Shown here in pieces: positions 26,911 through 36,170 of a stretch of 44,385 nt of DNA. The position numbers were made by a program, and so were the translations under genes. The notes under the pieces are model-generated. The model did not search any database and was not told the origin of the DNA. It was given only the letters and a program-made list of their open reading frames with translations. The stretch comes from Thermotogota bacterium (GTDB lineage Bacteria > Bipolaricaulota > Bipolaricaulia > UBA7950 > UBA9294), in contig JBDKUT010000108.1 of assembly GCA_039679545.1 (NCBI GenBank), forward strand, positions 1 through 44,385, given 5' to 3'. Each line of letters begins with the position of its first letter. Positions within the stretch are counted from its first letter, which is position 1.

Positions 26911-28845
26911 ATGATTCGGATTACGTTGCCTGACGGATCTGCCCGTGAAGTGCAGGAGGGGACGACCATTCTCGAGGTCGCCGAGGAGCTCGGCCCCCGG
27001 TTGGCCCGGTCGACCGCCTGCGCGCGGCTGGATGGGGAACTCCGCGACGTGCGCGAGCGGCTGACGAACGACGGCACGCTGACGCTCCTCACGACAGGAT
27101 CCCCCGAAGCGCTGGAGACGCTCCGCCACACGGCAACCCACGTCATGGCCCAGGCCGTGAAGCGCCTCCTCCCCAACGTGAAGCTCGGCATCGGTCCGGC
27201 GATCGAGGACGGGTTCTACTACGACTTCGACCTCCCGCGGTCCCTCACCGAGGATGACCTTGCGAAGATCTCAGACGAGATGAAGAAGATCATCGCCACC
27301 GACCTCCCCATTACGCGGCGGGAGGTCTCGAAGAAAGAGGCTCGCGCTCTCCTCGAGAAGCGCGGCGAGACCTACAAGCTCGAGCTCGTCGAGGATCTCG
27401 AAGGCGACCTCGTGACCCTGTTCGAACAGGGCGAGTTTGTCGACCTGTGCCGCGGGCCGCACCTGCGCTCGACCGGCGGCGTCAAGGCGGATGCCTTCAA
27501 ACTGCTGTCCGTGGCCGGCGCCTACTGGCGAGGCGACGAGAAGAGGCCGATGCTGCAGCGCATCTACGGCACCGCGTTCGAGAAGGCGAAGGACCTGGCC
27601 GATCGCCTGTGGCAACTCGAGGAGGCGGCGAAGCGCGACCACCGGAAGCTCGGAAAGGAGCTTGACCTCTTCAGCATCCACGAGGAGGGCGGAGCCGGCC
27701 TCGTCTGTTGGCACCCGAAGGGGGCCCGGTTGCGTCGGACGATCGAGGAGTTCTGGTACGCCGAGCATGATCGCGCCGGCTACGAGATCGTTACGACGCC
27801 GCACATCGGAAAGGCCGATCTCTGGTCGATCAGCGGGCACCTCGGCTTCTACCGCGAGAACATGTACTCGCCGATGGACATCGACGGCGTCGACTACTAC
27901 ATCAAGCCGATGAACTGCCCGTACCAGATCCTGATCTACAAGACCCGCGTGCACTCGTATCGTGAGCTTCCGATGCGGATGGCCGAACTCGGCACCGTCT
28001 ACCGCTACGAGCGGTCGGGCGTGCTCCACGGCTTGCTGCGGGTACGCGGATTCACGATCGACGACGGGCACATCGTCTGCCGGCCGGACCAGATCGACGA
28101 GGAGATCCGGCGGGTATATGAGTTCAGCATGAATATGCTGTCCGCGTTCGGCTTCGACACGTTCGACATCTACCTCGCTACGCGGCCGCGCGAAGGGAAG
28201 GCGGTCGGCGAGCCCGCGCAGTGGGAGCAGGCCACCGCGGCGCTCAAGAGCGCCCTCGATGCGCGCGGCCTCCCCTACGCGGTTGACGAAGGCGGTGGCG
28301 CGTTCTACGGCCCGAAGATCGACATCAAGGTCCGCGACTCGCTCGGCCGGCCGTGGCAGTGCTCGACGATCCAGTTCGACTTCAATCTCCCCGAGCGATT
28401 CGACATGACGTACATCGCCGAGGACGGCAGGCAGTCGAGGCCGTATATGGTACACCGAGCGCTCTTGGGAAGCCTCGAGCGGTTCATCGGTTGCCTGATC
28501 GAGACCTACGGCGGTGCGTTCCCGGTCTGGCTGGCGCCGGTTCAGGCGGCCGTCATTCCGATCGCCGATCGCCACGTGGCGTACGCGCACGAGGTTGCGA
28601 CGAAGATGAAGGCCGCGGGGATTCGAGCGACCGTCGACGAGACCTCTGAGCGCATGAACGCCAAGATCCGGAACGCCCAGCTGCAGAAGGTTCCCTACAT
28701 GCTCGTCATCGGGGATCGCGAGCAGGAGGCCGAAGCCGCGTCCTTGCGCCTTCGAACGGAGGAAGACCTCGGCGCGAAGCCGATCGGCGAGATCGTCGAC
28801 CTCGTCCGCCGAATGGTTGAGACCAAGTCGCTCGAGCTGGTGTGA
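26911..28845 (+). CDS. thrS: Threonyl-tRNA synthetase
   Basis: TGS domain ITLPDGS, RHTATHVMAQAV, DLCRGPH, KPMNCP, GAFYGPKID; AAGGAGG before ATG 26911. Confidence 0.98.
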   Translation: MIRITLPDGSAREVQEGTTILEVAEELGPRLARSTACARLDGELRDVRERLTNDGTLTLLTTGSPEALETLRHTATHVMAQAVKRLLPNVKLGIGPAIEDGFYYDFDLPRSLTEDDLAKISDEMKKIIATDLPITRREVSKKEARALLEKRGETYKLELVEDLEGDLVTLFEQGEFVDLCRGPHLRSTGGVKADAFKLLSVAGAYWRGDEKRPMLQRIYGTAFEKAKDLADRLWQLEEAAKRDHRKLGKELDLFSIHEEGGAGLVCWHPKGARLRRTIEEFWYAEHDRAGYEIVTTPHIGKADLWSISGHLGFYRENMYSPMDIDGVDYYIKPMNCPYQILIYKTRVHSYRELPMRMAELGTVYRYERSGVLHGLLRVRGFTIDDGHIVCRPDQIDEEIRRVYEFSMNMLSAFGFDTFDIYLATRPREGKAVGEPAQWEQATAALKSALDARGLPYAVDEGGGAFYGPKIDIKVRDSLGRPWQCSTIQFDFNLPERFDMTYIAEDGRQSRPYMVHRALLGSLERFIGCLIETYGGAFPVWLAPVQAAVIPIADRHVAYAHEVATKMKAAGIRATVDETSERMNAKIRNAQLQKVPYMLVIGDREQEAEAASLRLRTEEDLGAKPIGEIVDLVRRMVETKSLELV

Positions 28846-28861
28846 GCGAGGTCCTCGATCG

Positions 28862-30043
28862 CTAGCGAGCGGCGGCCTGGAGGGCGGCCGTCCGGTCTGT
28901 CTTCTCCCACGGGAGGTCGAGGTCGACTCGCCCGAAGTGGCCGTAGCTCGACAAGGGTTCGTAGATCGGCCGGAGCAAACGGAATCCGTCGATGATCGCC
29001 CGTGGGCGGAAGTCGAACGTATCGAGGACGGCCTTTCGGATCCGCTCATCGGGAACCCTTCCCGTTCCGTGCGTGTCAAGGTTCACGGCGAGCGGTGCAG
29101 CGCGGCCAATCGCGTAGGCGATTTGGATCTCTACTTCGCGGGCCAGTCCTGCGGCGACCACGTTCTTCGCGGCGTAGCGTACCATGTACGAGGCCGATCG
29201 GTCGACCTTGGTCGGATCCTTCCCCGAGAACGCGCCGCCGCCGTGCGGGCAGAACCCTCCGTAGGTGTCGACGATGATCTTCCGGCCGGTAACCCCGGTG
29301 TCCGACGCCGGTCCGCCGATCACGAAACGACCGGAGGAGTTGATCAGGATGTGGGTCTTCTTGTCGAGCCACTTCCCGACGACCGGGTGCACAATCTCCT
29401 CGGTGATTCCCTCCACGAGGTCCTCGTTGGAGATGTCGGGGTCGTGCTGCGCCGCGATCAGGATGGTGTTGGCGCGCACCGGCTTTTCGCCGTCGTACTC
29501 AATGGTGACCTGCGACTTCCCGTCCGGGCGGAGGAACGGCAGGATTCCTTCCTTGCGCGCGGCGGTCAAGCGGCGGGTGAGCCCGTGGGCGAGATGGATG
29601 GGGAGCGGCATCAAGGTCTCGGTGTCCGAGCGGGCGTAGCCGAACATGATCCCCTGATCCCCCGCCCCTACGGCGTCGAACGGGTCCTTGGAGCCGCCGT
29701 CTCGACTTTCCAAGGCGTGGCCGACGGCGCCGGCGATGTCCGGTGACTGGCCTTTGATGGCGGAGAGGACGGCGCAGTCCTGGAAGTGGAACCCGAGCCC
29801 CGGCCGGTCGTAACCGATGTCGGACAAGACGCCGCGGACGAGCGACGGGACGTCGATGTACGTCGTGGTGGTGATCTCCCCGCCGACGACGACGAGCCCC
29901 GTCGTCAAGAAGGTCTCGCACGCGACATGGGCATCCGGATCATCGCGGAGGATAGCGTCGAGGACGGCGTCGGAAACGCGGTCCGCAACCTTGTCGGGAT
30001 GGCCCTCGGTGACCGACTCTGAGGTAAGATAGACTCTGCCCAC
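28862..30043 (-). CDS. metK: S-adenosylmethionine synthetase
   Basis: TSESVTEGHPDK, GAGDQG, GRKIIVDTYGG, GGGAFSGKD; GTG start 30043. Confidence 0.97.
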   Translation of the reverse strand: MGRVYLTSESVTEGHPDKVADRVSDAVLDAILRDDPDAHVACETFLTTGLVVVGGEITTTTYIDVPSLVRGVLSDIGYDRPGLGFHFQDCAVLSAIKGQSPDIAGAVGHALESRDGGSKDPFDAVGAGDQGIMFGYARSDTETLMPLPIHLAHGLTRRLTAARKEGILPFLRPDGKSQVTIEYDGEKPVRANTILIAAQHDPDISNEDLVEGITEEIVHPVVGKWLDKKTHILINSSGRFVIGGPASDTGVTGRKIIVDTYGGFCPHGGGAFSGKDPTKVDRSASYMVRYAAKNVVAAGLAREVEIQIAYAIGRAAPLAVNLDTHGTGRVPDERIRKAVLDTFDFRPRAIIDGFRLLRPIYEPLSSYGHFGRVDLDLPWEKTDRTAALQAAAR

Positions 30044-30135
30044 AGCGCCTCCCCTCTTGCTTGCGGGTAAGCGTAGTCTCCGCCTGGACGCCCCGCAACT
30101 TCCATGGACCGAAGAGACGTCCGAGAAGGAGGACG

Positions 30136-31386
30136 ATGCCACGATTCGATCTTGCCTACGGGCGGACGGCAATTCCCGTCGACGTCCCCGATCGAAACCT
30201 GATCGGAGTTCTCGAGCCGCGATCGGCGCCGAAGATCGATCTGTGCGACGCGTTCGACGCTGCATGGCGGAGCCCTCGCGGCCTTTCGGACCCACTGACC
30301 CGGCTCACACCCGGTGCAAGCATCGTCCTCGTCGTCACGGACCACACCCGCCCGACGCCGACGAAGGAGATCCTCCCGCTCTTGTGGGAGCGGATCCGCA
30401 CTCGGGTCTCCGCCTCGAACGTGACGATCGTCGTCGCGACGGGAACGCACCGAGCGCCGACCGACGCCGAGCTCGAGCGGATGTTCGGCGAGTGGCGGAG
30501 AACGTTCCGCGTCCGCGTTCACGACTGCGACGCTGCCCTCGTCGAGGTGGGACGAAGCTCCCGCGGGACGCCCATTCTGATCAACCAGGTGGTCGTGGAG
30601 GCGGACGCCGTCGTCACGATCGGCCACGTCGGGATGCACTACTACGCCGGCTACACCGGCGGGCGAAAGAACATCCTTCCCGGCGTCGCCGGACGCGCCA
30701 CGATCGAGGCGAACCACGCCCAGCTCCTCGATCCGAGGAGCGCAGCCTGTGTCTACGACGGGAATCCGATCAGCGAAGAGATGGTTGAGGCGGCGCGGAG
30801 GGTGAACGTCGCCTTCATTGTCGACGTCGTGATGGACGCGGACCGCGACGTGGCCAAGGTGGTTGTCGGGGAGCCGGAAGAGGCGCACGCGGAGGCGCGT
30901 GCCTTCTGGGACTGTCACTTCAAGATCCACCTCGAGCGGCCGGCGGACCTCGTCGTCGCGTCCGCCGGGGGGCATCCGAAGGACACCGATCTTTACCAAG
31001 CGTACAAGGCGCAGTACACGGCGGTGCGAGCCCTACGCGATGGTGGAATGCTCCTCCTCTTGGCGGCATGCCCGGACGGGGTCGGCTCCCCCGTCTTTGA
31101 GGACTGGATCAAGCGAAGCGAGAAGCCGTCTGACGTTTTCGAGATCCTTCGCAAGGAGGGGTTCAAGCTTGGAGGGCACAAGGCCGTCCACCTTGCCGCC
31201 GACCTCACGCGCATCGACGTCTACCTCAAGTCGGAGCTTGACGACGACGAGGCTCGACGGTTCTTCCTCCGCCCGGTTCGCAGCCCCGATGAGGTGTTCG
31301 CCGAGGCAGAGCGACGGTTCGGGGACGACTTCCACGTCCTTGTGCTCCCCCACGCCGCCGACACGTTCCCGGTCCTCGCACCATGA
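30136..31386 (+). CDS. Nickel-pincer-dependent lactate racemase family protein (LarA homolog)
   Basis: DHTRPTP, ATGTHR, VHD, HYYAGYTGGRKNILPG, ANH, GGHPKD.DLYQA.K; AAGGAGG before ATG 30136. Confidence 0.88.
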   Translation: MPRFDLAYGRTAIPVDVPDRNLIGVLEPRSAPKIDLCDAFDAAWRSPRGLSDPLTRLTPGASIVLVVTDHTRPTPTKEILPLLWERIRTRVSASNVTIVVATGTHRAPTDAELERMFGEWRRTFRVRVHDCDAALVEVGRSSRGTPILINQVVVEADAVVTIGHVGMHYYAGYTGGRKNILPGVAGRATIEANHAQLLDPRSAACVYDGNPISEEMVEAARRVNVAFIVDVVMDADRDVAKVVVGEPEEAHAEARAFWDCHFKIHLERPADLVVASAGGHPKDTDLYQAYKAQYTAVRALRDGGMLLLLAACPDGVGSPVFEDWIKRSEKPSDVFEILRKEGFKLGGHKAVHLAADLTRIDVYLKSELDDDEARRFFLRPVRSPDEVFAEAERRFGDDFHVLVLPHAADTFPVLAP

Positions 31387-32075
31387 GACAACCTGCACGC
31401 GTTATCCATCGCTTCTCGACCGCCTCCTCCACCCAGGATGAGGCACGGCGCCTGCTTGAAGCCGGGGAGGCGTCGCTCGGCCACGTCGTCGTCGCCGATG
31501 AGCAGACGGCGGGTCGCGGCCGCTTCGGTCGGCTGTGGGCATCGCCCTCCGGGGGGCTCTACGCGACGTTCCTCATCTCTTCGGCGCCGGGGATCGCTCT
31601 GTTCGCGGGTGTCGCCGCCGCACGGGCCCTCGAGCGGCTCGGCGTCGCCGTGGGCCTCAAGTGGCCGAACGACATCTTTGTCGACGGCAAGAAGCTTGCC
31701 GGGATCCTGATCGAGGCCGACCGCGACCTCGCCCTTGTCGGCGTCGGGATCAACATCGACGAACCCTTCGTGGAAGGAGCGACGAGCCTTTGGCGAATCG
31801 GTGTGAATGTGCGACGGGGCGAGCTCCTCCTCGCGCTCCTGGACGAAATCAACACGCCGGCCGATCCAGGCGACGTCCTCGCCGCGTACCGGGCGCGCTC
31901 CGTCACCGTCGGTCGGCGGGTGAAGGTTCTCGGGCGCGCTGGAGAGCTTGTCGAAGGGCGCGCCGTGGACATCGATGTCGAAGGCCAGCTCGTGGTTGAG
32001 ACGAGCGCCGGCACCCTCCACGTTTCATCCGGCGACTGCGTGCACCTCGAGCCCACGGCCGACGCCGCCCAGTAG
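31383..32075 (+). CDS. birA: Biotin-[acetyl-CoA carboxylase] ligase without N-terminal HTH
   Basis: STQD, QTAGRGR.GR.W.SP, KWPND, KLAGILIE, GVGIN. Confidence 0.92.
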   Translation: MRQPARVIHRFSTASSTQDEARRLLEAGEASLGHVVVADEQTAGRGRFGRLWASPSGGLYATFLISSAPGIALFAGVAAARALERLGVAVGLKWPNDIFVDGKKLAGILIEADRDLALVGVGINIDEPFVEGATSLWRIGVNVRRGELLLALLDEINTPADPGDVLAAYRARSVTVGRRVKVLGRAGELVEGRAVDIDVEGQLVVETSAGTLHVSSGDCVHLEPTADAAQ

Positions 32076-32149
32076 ACCTTCTTGCCGTGCACCGCTACCG
32101 TGAGAGTCGGACGGAGCGGCGTGCGCGAGGTGCTGCAAAGGAGGCGGAC

Positions 32150-32629
32150 GTGGGACTGATCGAAGAGGCTGTGGCGCTCGAGAGGAAGGCGGAGGCGGGC
32201 TACCGTGCAGCGGCTGCGGCGACCCCCGATGTTGGCGCGCGGACGGTTCTGCTTCTCCTGGCTGACGCCGAGGCGGAGCACGTCGTGGCGCTTCTCGGAA
32301 GGAAAGGTGTCGCGGACCTGCACGGCCGGAACCTCGTCGAGGCTGCGCAGACTTGGGTTCGCGGTGCGGTGGAGGGCGGTGGACCGCTTTCCACGGACGC
32401 AGGACTGCTTCCCGCGCTGCGCCGAGCGATGGACAGCGAGCGGGCGACGGAGGCGTTCTACCGCACTCAAGGAGCGACCGCCGATGATCCGCGAGTCCGC
32501 GCCCTGTTTGCCGTCCTGGCCGATGCCGAAGCGGACCACTACCACTTTGTGAGTTCGCTCGTCGAGTACTACAACCGACCGAACGAGTGGGTCGAGTCCG
32601 CCGAGTTCGGGCTGCGGCCGGAGTACTAG
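32150..32629 (+). CDS. Ferritin-like (rubrerythrin-family) di-iron protein
   Basis: Two E...ExxH repeats (EAEH, EADH); GTG after AAGGAGG. Confidence 0.8.
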   Translation: MGLIEEAVALERKAEAGYRAAAAATPDVGARTVLLLLADAEAEHVVALLGRKGVADLHGRNLVEAAQTWVRGAVEGGGPLSTDAGLLPALRRAMDSERATEAFYRTQGATADDPRVRALFAVLADAEADHYHFVSSLVEYYNRPNEWVESAEFGLRPEY

Positions 32630-33039
32630 CCTTCCCAGTCGAGGAGCCGCATCTCGCCCTTCAGGGCGCGCAGCTTGGTCGCATCCTGTGTCACCTCGAG
32701 GCACCCTTGGTACTCGCCCGCGGCGGAGTGCACAGCGATGTACTGGATGACGATGTGCCGGCCGTCGAGTTCAAGCCAAAACTGGGCGTGATTCCTGCGC
32801 CCGGTCTTGAACGCCTCAAGGATCTTCCGCACGGTCGAGACGCTCTTCTCTGGATGGCATTTCTCAACGTGCCGACCGATGACCGCTGGAGTGCGCTTGA
32901 AGATGCGGGACGGGCTTTCGGAGTAGTAGCGGAGAACTCCATCGGCGTCGACGAACGACACGTCGACGGGAAGATGGGTCAGCAGGGCATCAAGCTGTTC
33001 GAGGGAGAGGCTCCCTGTGGAAAGGGTCAGGTCCTTCAT
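32626..33039 (-). CDS. Stand-alone PAS-domain protein (similar to the PAS module of DUF438 proteins)
   Basis: LPVDVSFVD, RIFKRT..VIGR.V.KCHP.KS, YQGCLEVTQD. Confidence 0.8.
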   Translation of the reverse strand: MKDLTLSTGSLSLEQLDALLTHLPVDVSFVDADGVLRYYSESPSRIFKRTPAVIGRHVEKCHPEKSVSTVRKILEAFKTGRRNHAQFWLELDGRHIVIQYIAVHSAAGEYQGCLEVTQDATKLRALKGEMRLLDWEG

Positions 33040-33052
33040 GGTTTCTCCTTCT

Positions 33053-33286
33053 CTAGACGTAGGCCGAAAGCCCGAGCAGGAGGTGGAACGTCGCGAGCAG
33101 GGCTGTCGCCACCGCAAAGCCACGATGGATCGCCACAGGGACGCGGCGGAGCGTCTTGATCTGGCGCTTCAGTCCTGCAAGGGCCGCGGTCAGAAGCAAC
33201 AGAAGGTACGTGGCGAGCCCGATCCACACCACGACGGGGAACGGCCCCCAAATTGTACCGAACCCGACGGTGCGCAGGAAGTTCAT
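33053..33286 (-). CDS. Small two-TM membrane protein with a His pair
   Basis: 77 aa, AAGGAGG SD; IHRGFAVATALLATFH. Confidence 0.7.
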   Translation of the reverse strand: MNFLRTVGFGTIWGPFPVVVWIGLATYLLLLLTAALAGLKRQIKTLRRVPVAIHRGFAVATALLATFHLLLGLSAYV

Positions 33287-33339
33287 CGATCGTCCTCCTT
33301 GGAAACCACATTGTGGGCCGCCTCGGGCGGCCTGGCTGT

Positions 33340-33924
33340 CTACGTCGCGCTCGGCGGCGCGGGATTCTGGAACTCGAATCGGTTCCACGACGCCACCGTC
33401 TCGAGCGGCCGGCGTTCCCGCGGCCCCAGCTCGATCGCGCGGTGCTTGTCGGACAACGTGGCCGGATCTCCCGGCCTCCCTACGATGACCAGCGTGATCA
33501 GCGTGTACTCGGCCGGGATCCCGAGCGCGACCTTCACCTCTTCCGGCTTGTAACCGCCGATCGGATGGGCGATGAGGCCCATCGCCGTCGCTTGGATCGT
33601 GAGGTTGCCCACCGCCATGCCGCAGCCGAAGAGGAAGTAGTCGCGGCCGTCGGAGAGCGTACAGTCAAGGTCGCGGCGGGACGCGACGGCGAGGATCACC
33701 GGCGCTGGTTTCGCCCAGTAGTTGCCGCCGGGCAGCGCAGCCTTCACGGCTTCCAGGGTGACGGGATCGTCAACGACGACGAACCGCCACGGTTGGCTGT
33801 TGTTGCACGACGGGGCGAGGTGGGCGGCGCGAAGCAGGGTCTCAACGTCCTCACGCGACACGGGCGCCGTCGACAACGCCCGCCTTGCCCGTCGCGTCTC
33901 AATGGCTGGAACGAGGTTCACCAT
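33340..33924 (-). CDS. Nitroreductase-family flavoprotein
   Basis: RRARRA, AAHLAPSCNNSQPWRF, NLTIQATAMGL. Confidence 0.9.
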   Translation of the reverse strand: MVNLVPAIETRRARRALSTAPVSREDVETLLRAAHLAPSCNNSQPWRFVVVDDPVTLEAVKAALPGGNYWAKPAPVILAVASRRDLDCTLSDGRDYFLFGCGMAVGNLTIQATAMGLIAHPIGGYKPEEVKVALGIPAEYTLITLVIVGRPGDPATLSDKHRAIELGPRERRPLETVASWNRFEFQNPAPPSAT

Positions 33925-33934
33925 CACTCCTTCG

Positions 33935-34276
33935 CTACAGCTTGAGGGATCCTTCCCACAGGCCGTGAATGTTGCAGTACTCGACGGCGACGAGCTCCGA
34001 GAGCCCCTCCAGGTTTGCGTGCGTGACCACCGTTGGCTTGCCGTAGGTCGGGCCGAGGTCGAACGTCGCAATGTGCACGGCGACGCCGTTCTTCACGCCG
34101 AACAGGGCGATCCACTTGATGTGGTGTTCGACCGTGTTCGGATGAGCGACCTCCTTCCCCACGGTGACCTTGACCGCGTTTTCCCCACATTCCTTGCAGC
34201 TCACGAGTTCGACGATCGGAACGTGCTTCTCCTTCCCTTCCTGCGCTCCGCCCTTGACCAGATCTCCGAGCTTCAT
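33935..34276 (-). CDS. sor: Superoxide reductase (neelaredoxin, 1Fe type)
   Basis: EKHVP, HPNTVEHHIKWI, YCNIHGLWE. Confidence 0.92.
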   Translation of the reverse strand: MKLGDLVKGGAQEGKEKHVPIVELVSCKECGENAVKVTVGKEVAHPNTVEHHIKWIALFGVKNGVAVHIATFDLGPTYGKPTVVTHANLEGLSELVAVEYCNIHGLWEGSLKL

Positions 34277-34302
34277 CGTCTTCCTCCTTTTCTGAACGTC
34301 CT

Positions 34303-34806
34303 CTAGAACACCTTGAACGTATCGCGCTTAGCGCCGCACACCGGGCACATGTCGGGAGCCGGGCCCTCGACCGTGTACCCGCAGATTGGGCAGATGGACA
34401 CCGGGCCGAGCGTCAGATCCTTACCACTTTCCACAACGGCTTTGGCGTCGGTGTACATCCTCTCGTGGACCTTCTCCGCTTCGAGCGCGTAGTGTGTCGA
34501 ACGGACGGCGCCCTTCTCTCCTTGGAACCCGGCGGCGAGGTGGTAGACCGGATACATCTCCGTGACCTCGAAGTGTTCGCCGTCGATGCACGACTGCACG
34601 TTGGCGGCGGCGTCTCCGATGTGGTCGAGCTCGCGGAAGTGGTTCGTGGCGTGAACCTGCTCGGCGTAGGCGATCGCGCGGAACAGACGGGAGAGCTGCG
34701 GAAGGCCCTTCTTCTCCGCTTCTTGGGAGAAGATGAGGTACTTCATGTGGGCCTGGCTCTCGCCGGCGAACGCCGCCTGCAGGAACTCCTTCGTCATCGC
34801 ATGCAT
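34303..34806 (-). CDS. rbr: Rubrerythrin (short type)
   Basis: AFAGESQA, EQVHA, EKVH, CPICG...CPVCG. Confidence 0.92.
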   Translation of the reverse strand: MHAMTKEFLQAAFAGESQAHMKYLIFSQEAEKKGLPQLSRLFRAIAYAEQVHATNHFRELDHIGDAAANVQSCIDGEHFEVTEMYPVYHLAAGFQGEKGAVRSTHYALEAEKVHERMYTDAKAVVESGKDLTLGPVSICPICGYTVEGPAPDMCPVCGAKRDTFKVF

Positions 34807-34817
34807 GCTTCCTCCCA

Positions 34818-35279
34818 TCACAGTTCGCGTAACACCTTCATCTGCTCGTCGAGGTCGGGAAGCTCCTTGAGCGGATAGACCTTCACGAATCGAACGATCC
34901 CTTTCTCATCGAGGATGACGGCGGCGCGCTCGGAGAAGCCTTGCTTCTCGCGGAAGAGGCCGAGCGCCGCGGCCGCTCGGCCGTGGGGCCAGAAGTCCGA
35001 CAGAAGACGGGTCTTCTCAATCCCGATCGCCTCGGCCCACGCCTTCTTGCACGGCACGGGGTCGACGCTGACGCCGAGCGGCACGGTGCCCAAGCGCGTG
35101 AAGTCGGTCACCCTCGCCTCGAGCGCCTGCATCTGAAGGCGACAGACCTCCGTCCAGGCGAGCGGGTGGAACGAGAGAAGGACGCGCTTCCCTTGGAGCG
35201 TAGTCAGGTTCACAAGATCTCCGTCCTGATCCTTCAGCGCCAACCGCGGCGCCGCGGTCCCGACGCGGACGATCTCCAT
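34818..35279 (-). CDS. Peroxiredoxin (AhpE-like)
   Basis: FHPLAWTEVC (PxxxTxxC), LLSDFWPHG, SERA. Confidence 0.88.
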   Translation of the reverse strand: MEIVRVGTAAPRLALKDQDGDLVNLTTLQGKRVLLSFHPLAWTEVCRLQMQALEARVTDFTRLGTVPLGVSVDPVPCKKAWAEAIGIEKTRLLSDFWPHGRAAAALGLFREKQGFSERAAVILDEKGIVRFVKVYPLKELPDLDEQMKVLREL

Positions 35280-35297
35280 GCGACCTCCTTTCTCTTT

Positions 35298-36170
35298 CTA
35301 GTCCTTGTTCACGACAAACGCCGCGAGGCGAGCTTCGATCTCCGCGCGCTCGACGCGCGGCAGTCTCGCGAGCGGCCCGTCGCCGACGCGAGTCCGGTAC
35401 GACTCGGCGAACACAGGTCTCTCCGCGGTTTCGTAGAGGACCCCCACGGGGAACCGATCCGGGCTGTCGAGGGCGAGGCCCAAAGCGGCGCTGCGGTCCG
35501 TCGCGTTGTGATCGGCGGGCACCGGGACGACGCGCTCGCGGTACCAGGCAAGCGGGTGCTTCCCCCACGTGATGCACGGCTGGATGACGTCGACGAACGA
35601 CAGACCGCGGTGGGCGATCGCGCGCGCGAGGAGGGTCGACAGACCTTCGAGGTCTCCCGCGAACCCCCGCGCCACGAACGAGCAGCCGTGGACGACGGCG
35701 GTGGCGAGCATCTGAGCCGGATCGATCTCCACTCCGTCGAATTGCAGGCGCGTCGGCTCCCCCCGCGGCGTTGTCGGCGACGCTTGCCCCTTGGTCAGGG
35801 CGTAGATGCGGTTGTCGTGCACGATCACCGTGATGTCGGGGTTGCGGCGGAACGCGTGCAGGAGGTGGTTGCCGCCCTCACCATACAGGTCTCCGTCTCC
35901 CGATGTGACGATCGTCGTGAGCGTCGGATTCGCGACGTGGATTCCGATTGCGGCCGGGATCGCCCGACCGTGAAGGCCGTTCCACGCGTGGCAGCGCAGG
36001 TAGTGGGGCAGCTTCGCCGCTTGCCCGATCCCCGACACGAGACACACCTCGTGCGGCGCGCGCCCCAAGGCGACAAGCGCACGCTCGAGAGCCGTCAGAA
36101 TCCCGTAGTTCGGGCAGCCGGGGCACCACTGGTTCTCGATCGGGCTGCGGTAGTCCTGGGTCGTCGTCAC
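35298..36170 (-). CDS. 2-oxoacid:ferredoxin oxidoreductase beta subunit
   Basis: WCPGC, HGR, GDGD...DN TPP motif, TKGQASPT, QPC; GTG start overlaps alpha stop. Confidence 0.92.
   Translation of the reverse strand: MTTTQDYRSPIENQWCPGCPNYGILTALERALVALGRAPHEVCLVSGIGQAAKLPHYLRCHAWNGLHGRAIPAAIGIHVANPTLTTIVTSGDGDLYGEGGNHLLHAFRRNPDITVIVHDNRIYALTKGQASPTTPRGEPTRLQFDGVEIDPAQMLATAVVHGCSFVARGFAGDLEGLSTLLARAIAHRGLSFVDVIQPCITWGKHPLAWYRERVVPVPADHNATDRSAALGLALDSPDRFPVGVLYETAERPVFAESYRTRVGDGPLARLPRVERAEIEARLAAFVVNKD

Noticed and set aside
30044..30135. SAM riboswitch before metK
   Set aside because: A 92-nt divergent gap with no SAM-I hallmark sequence
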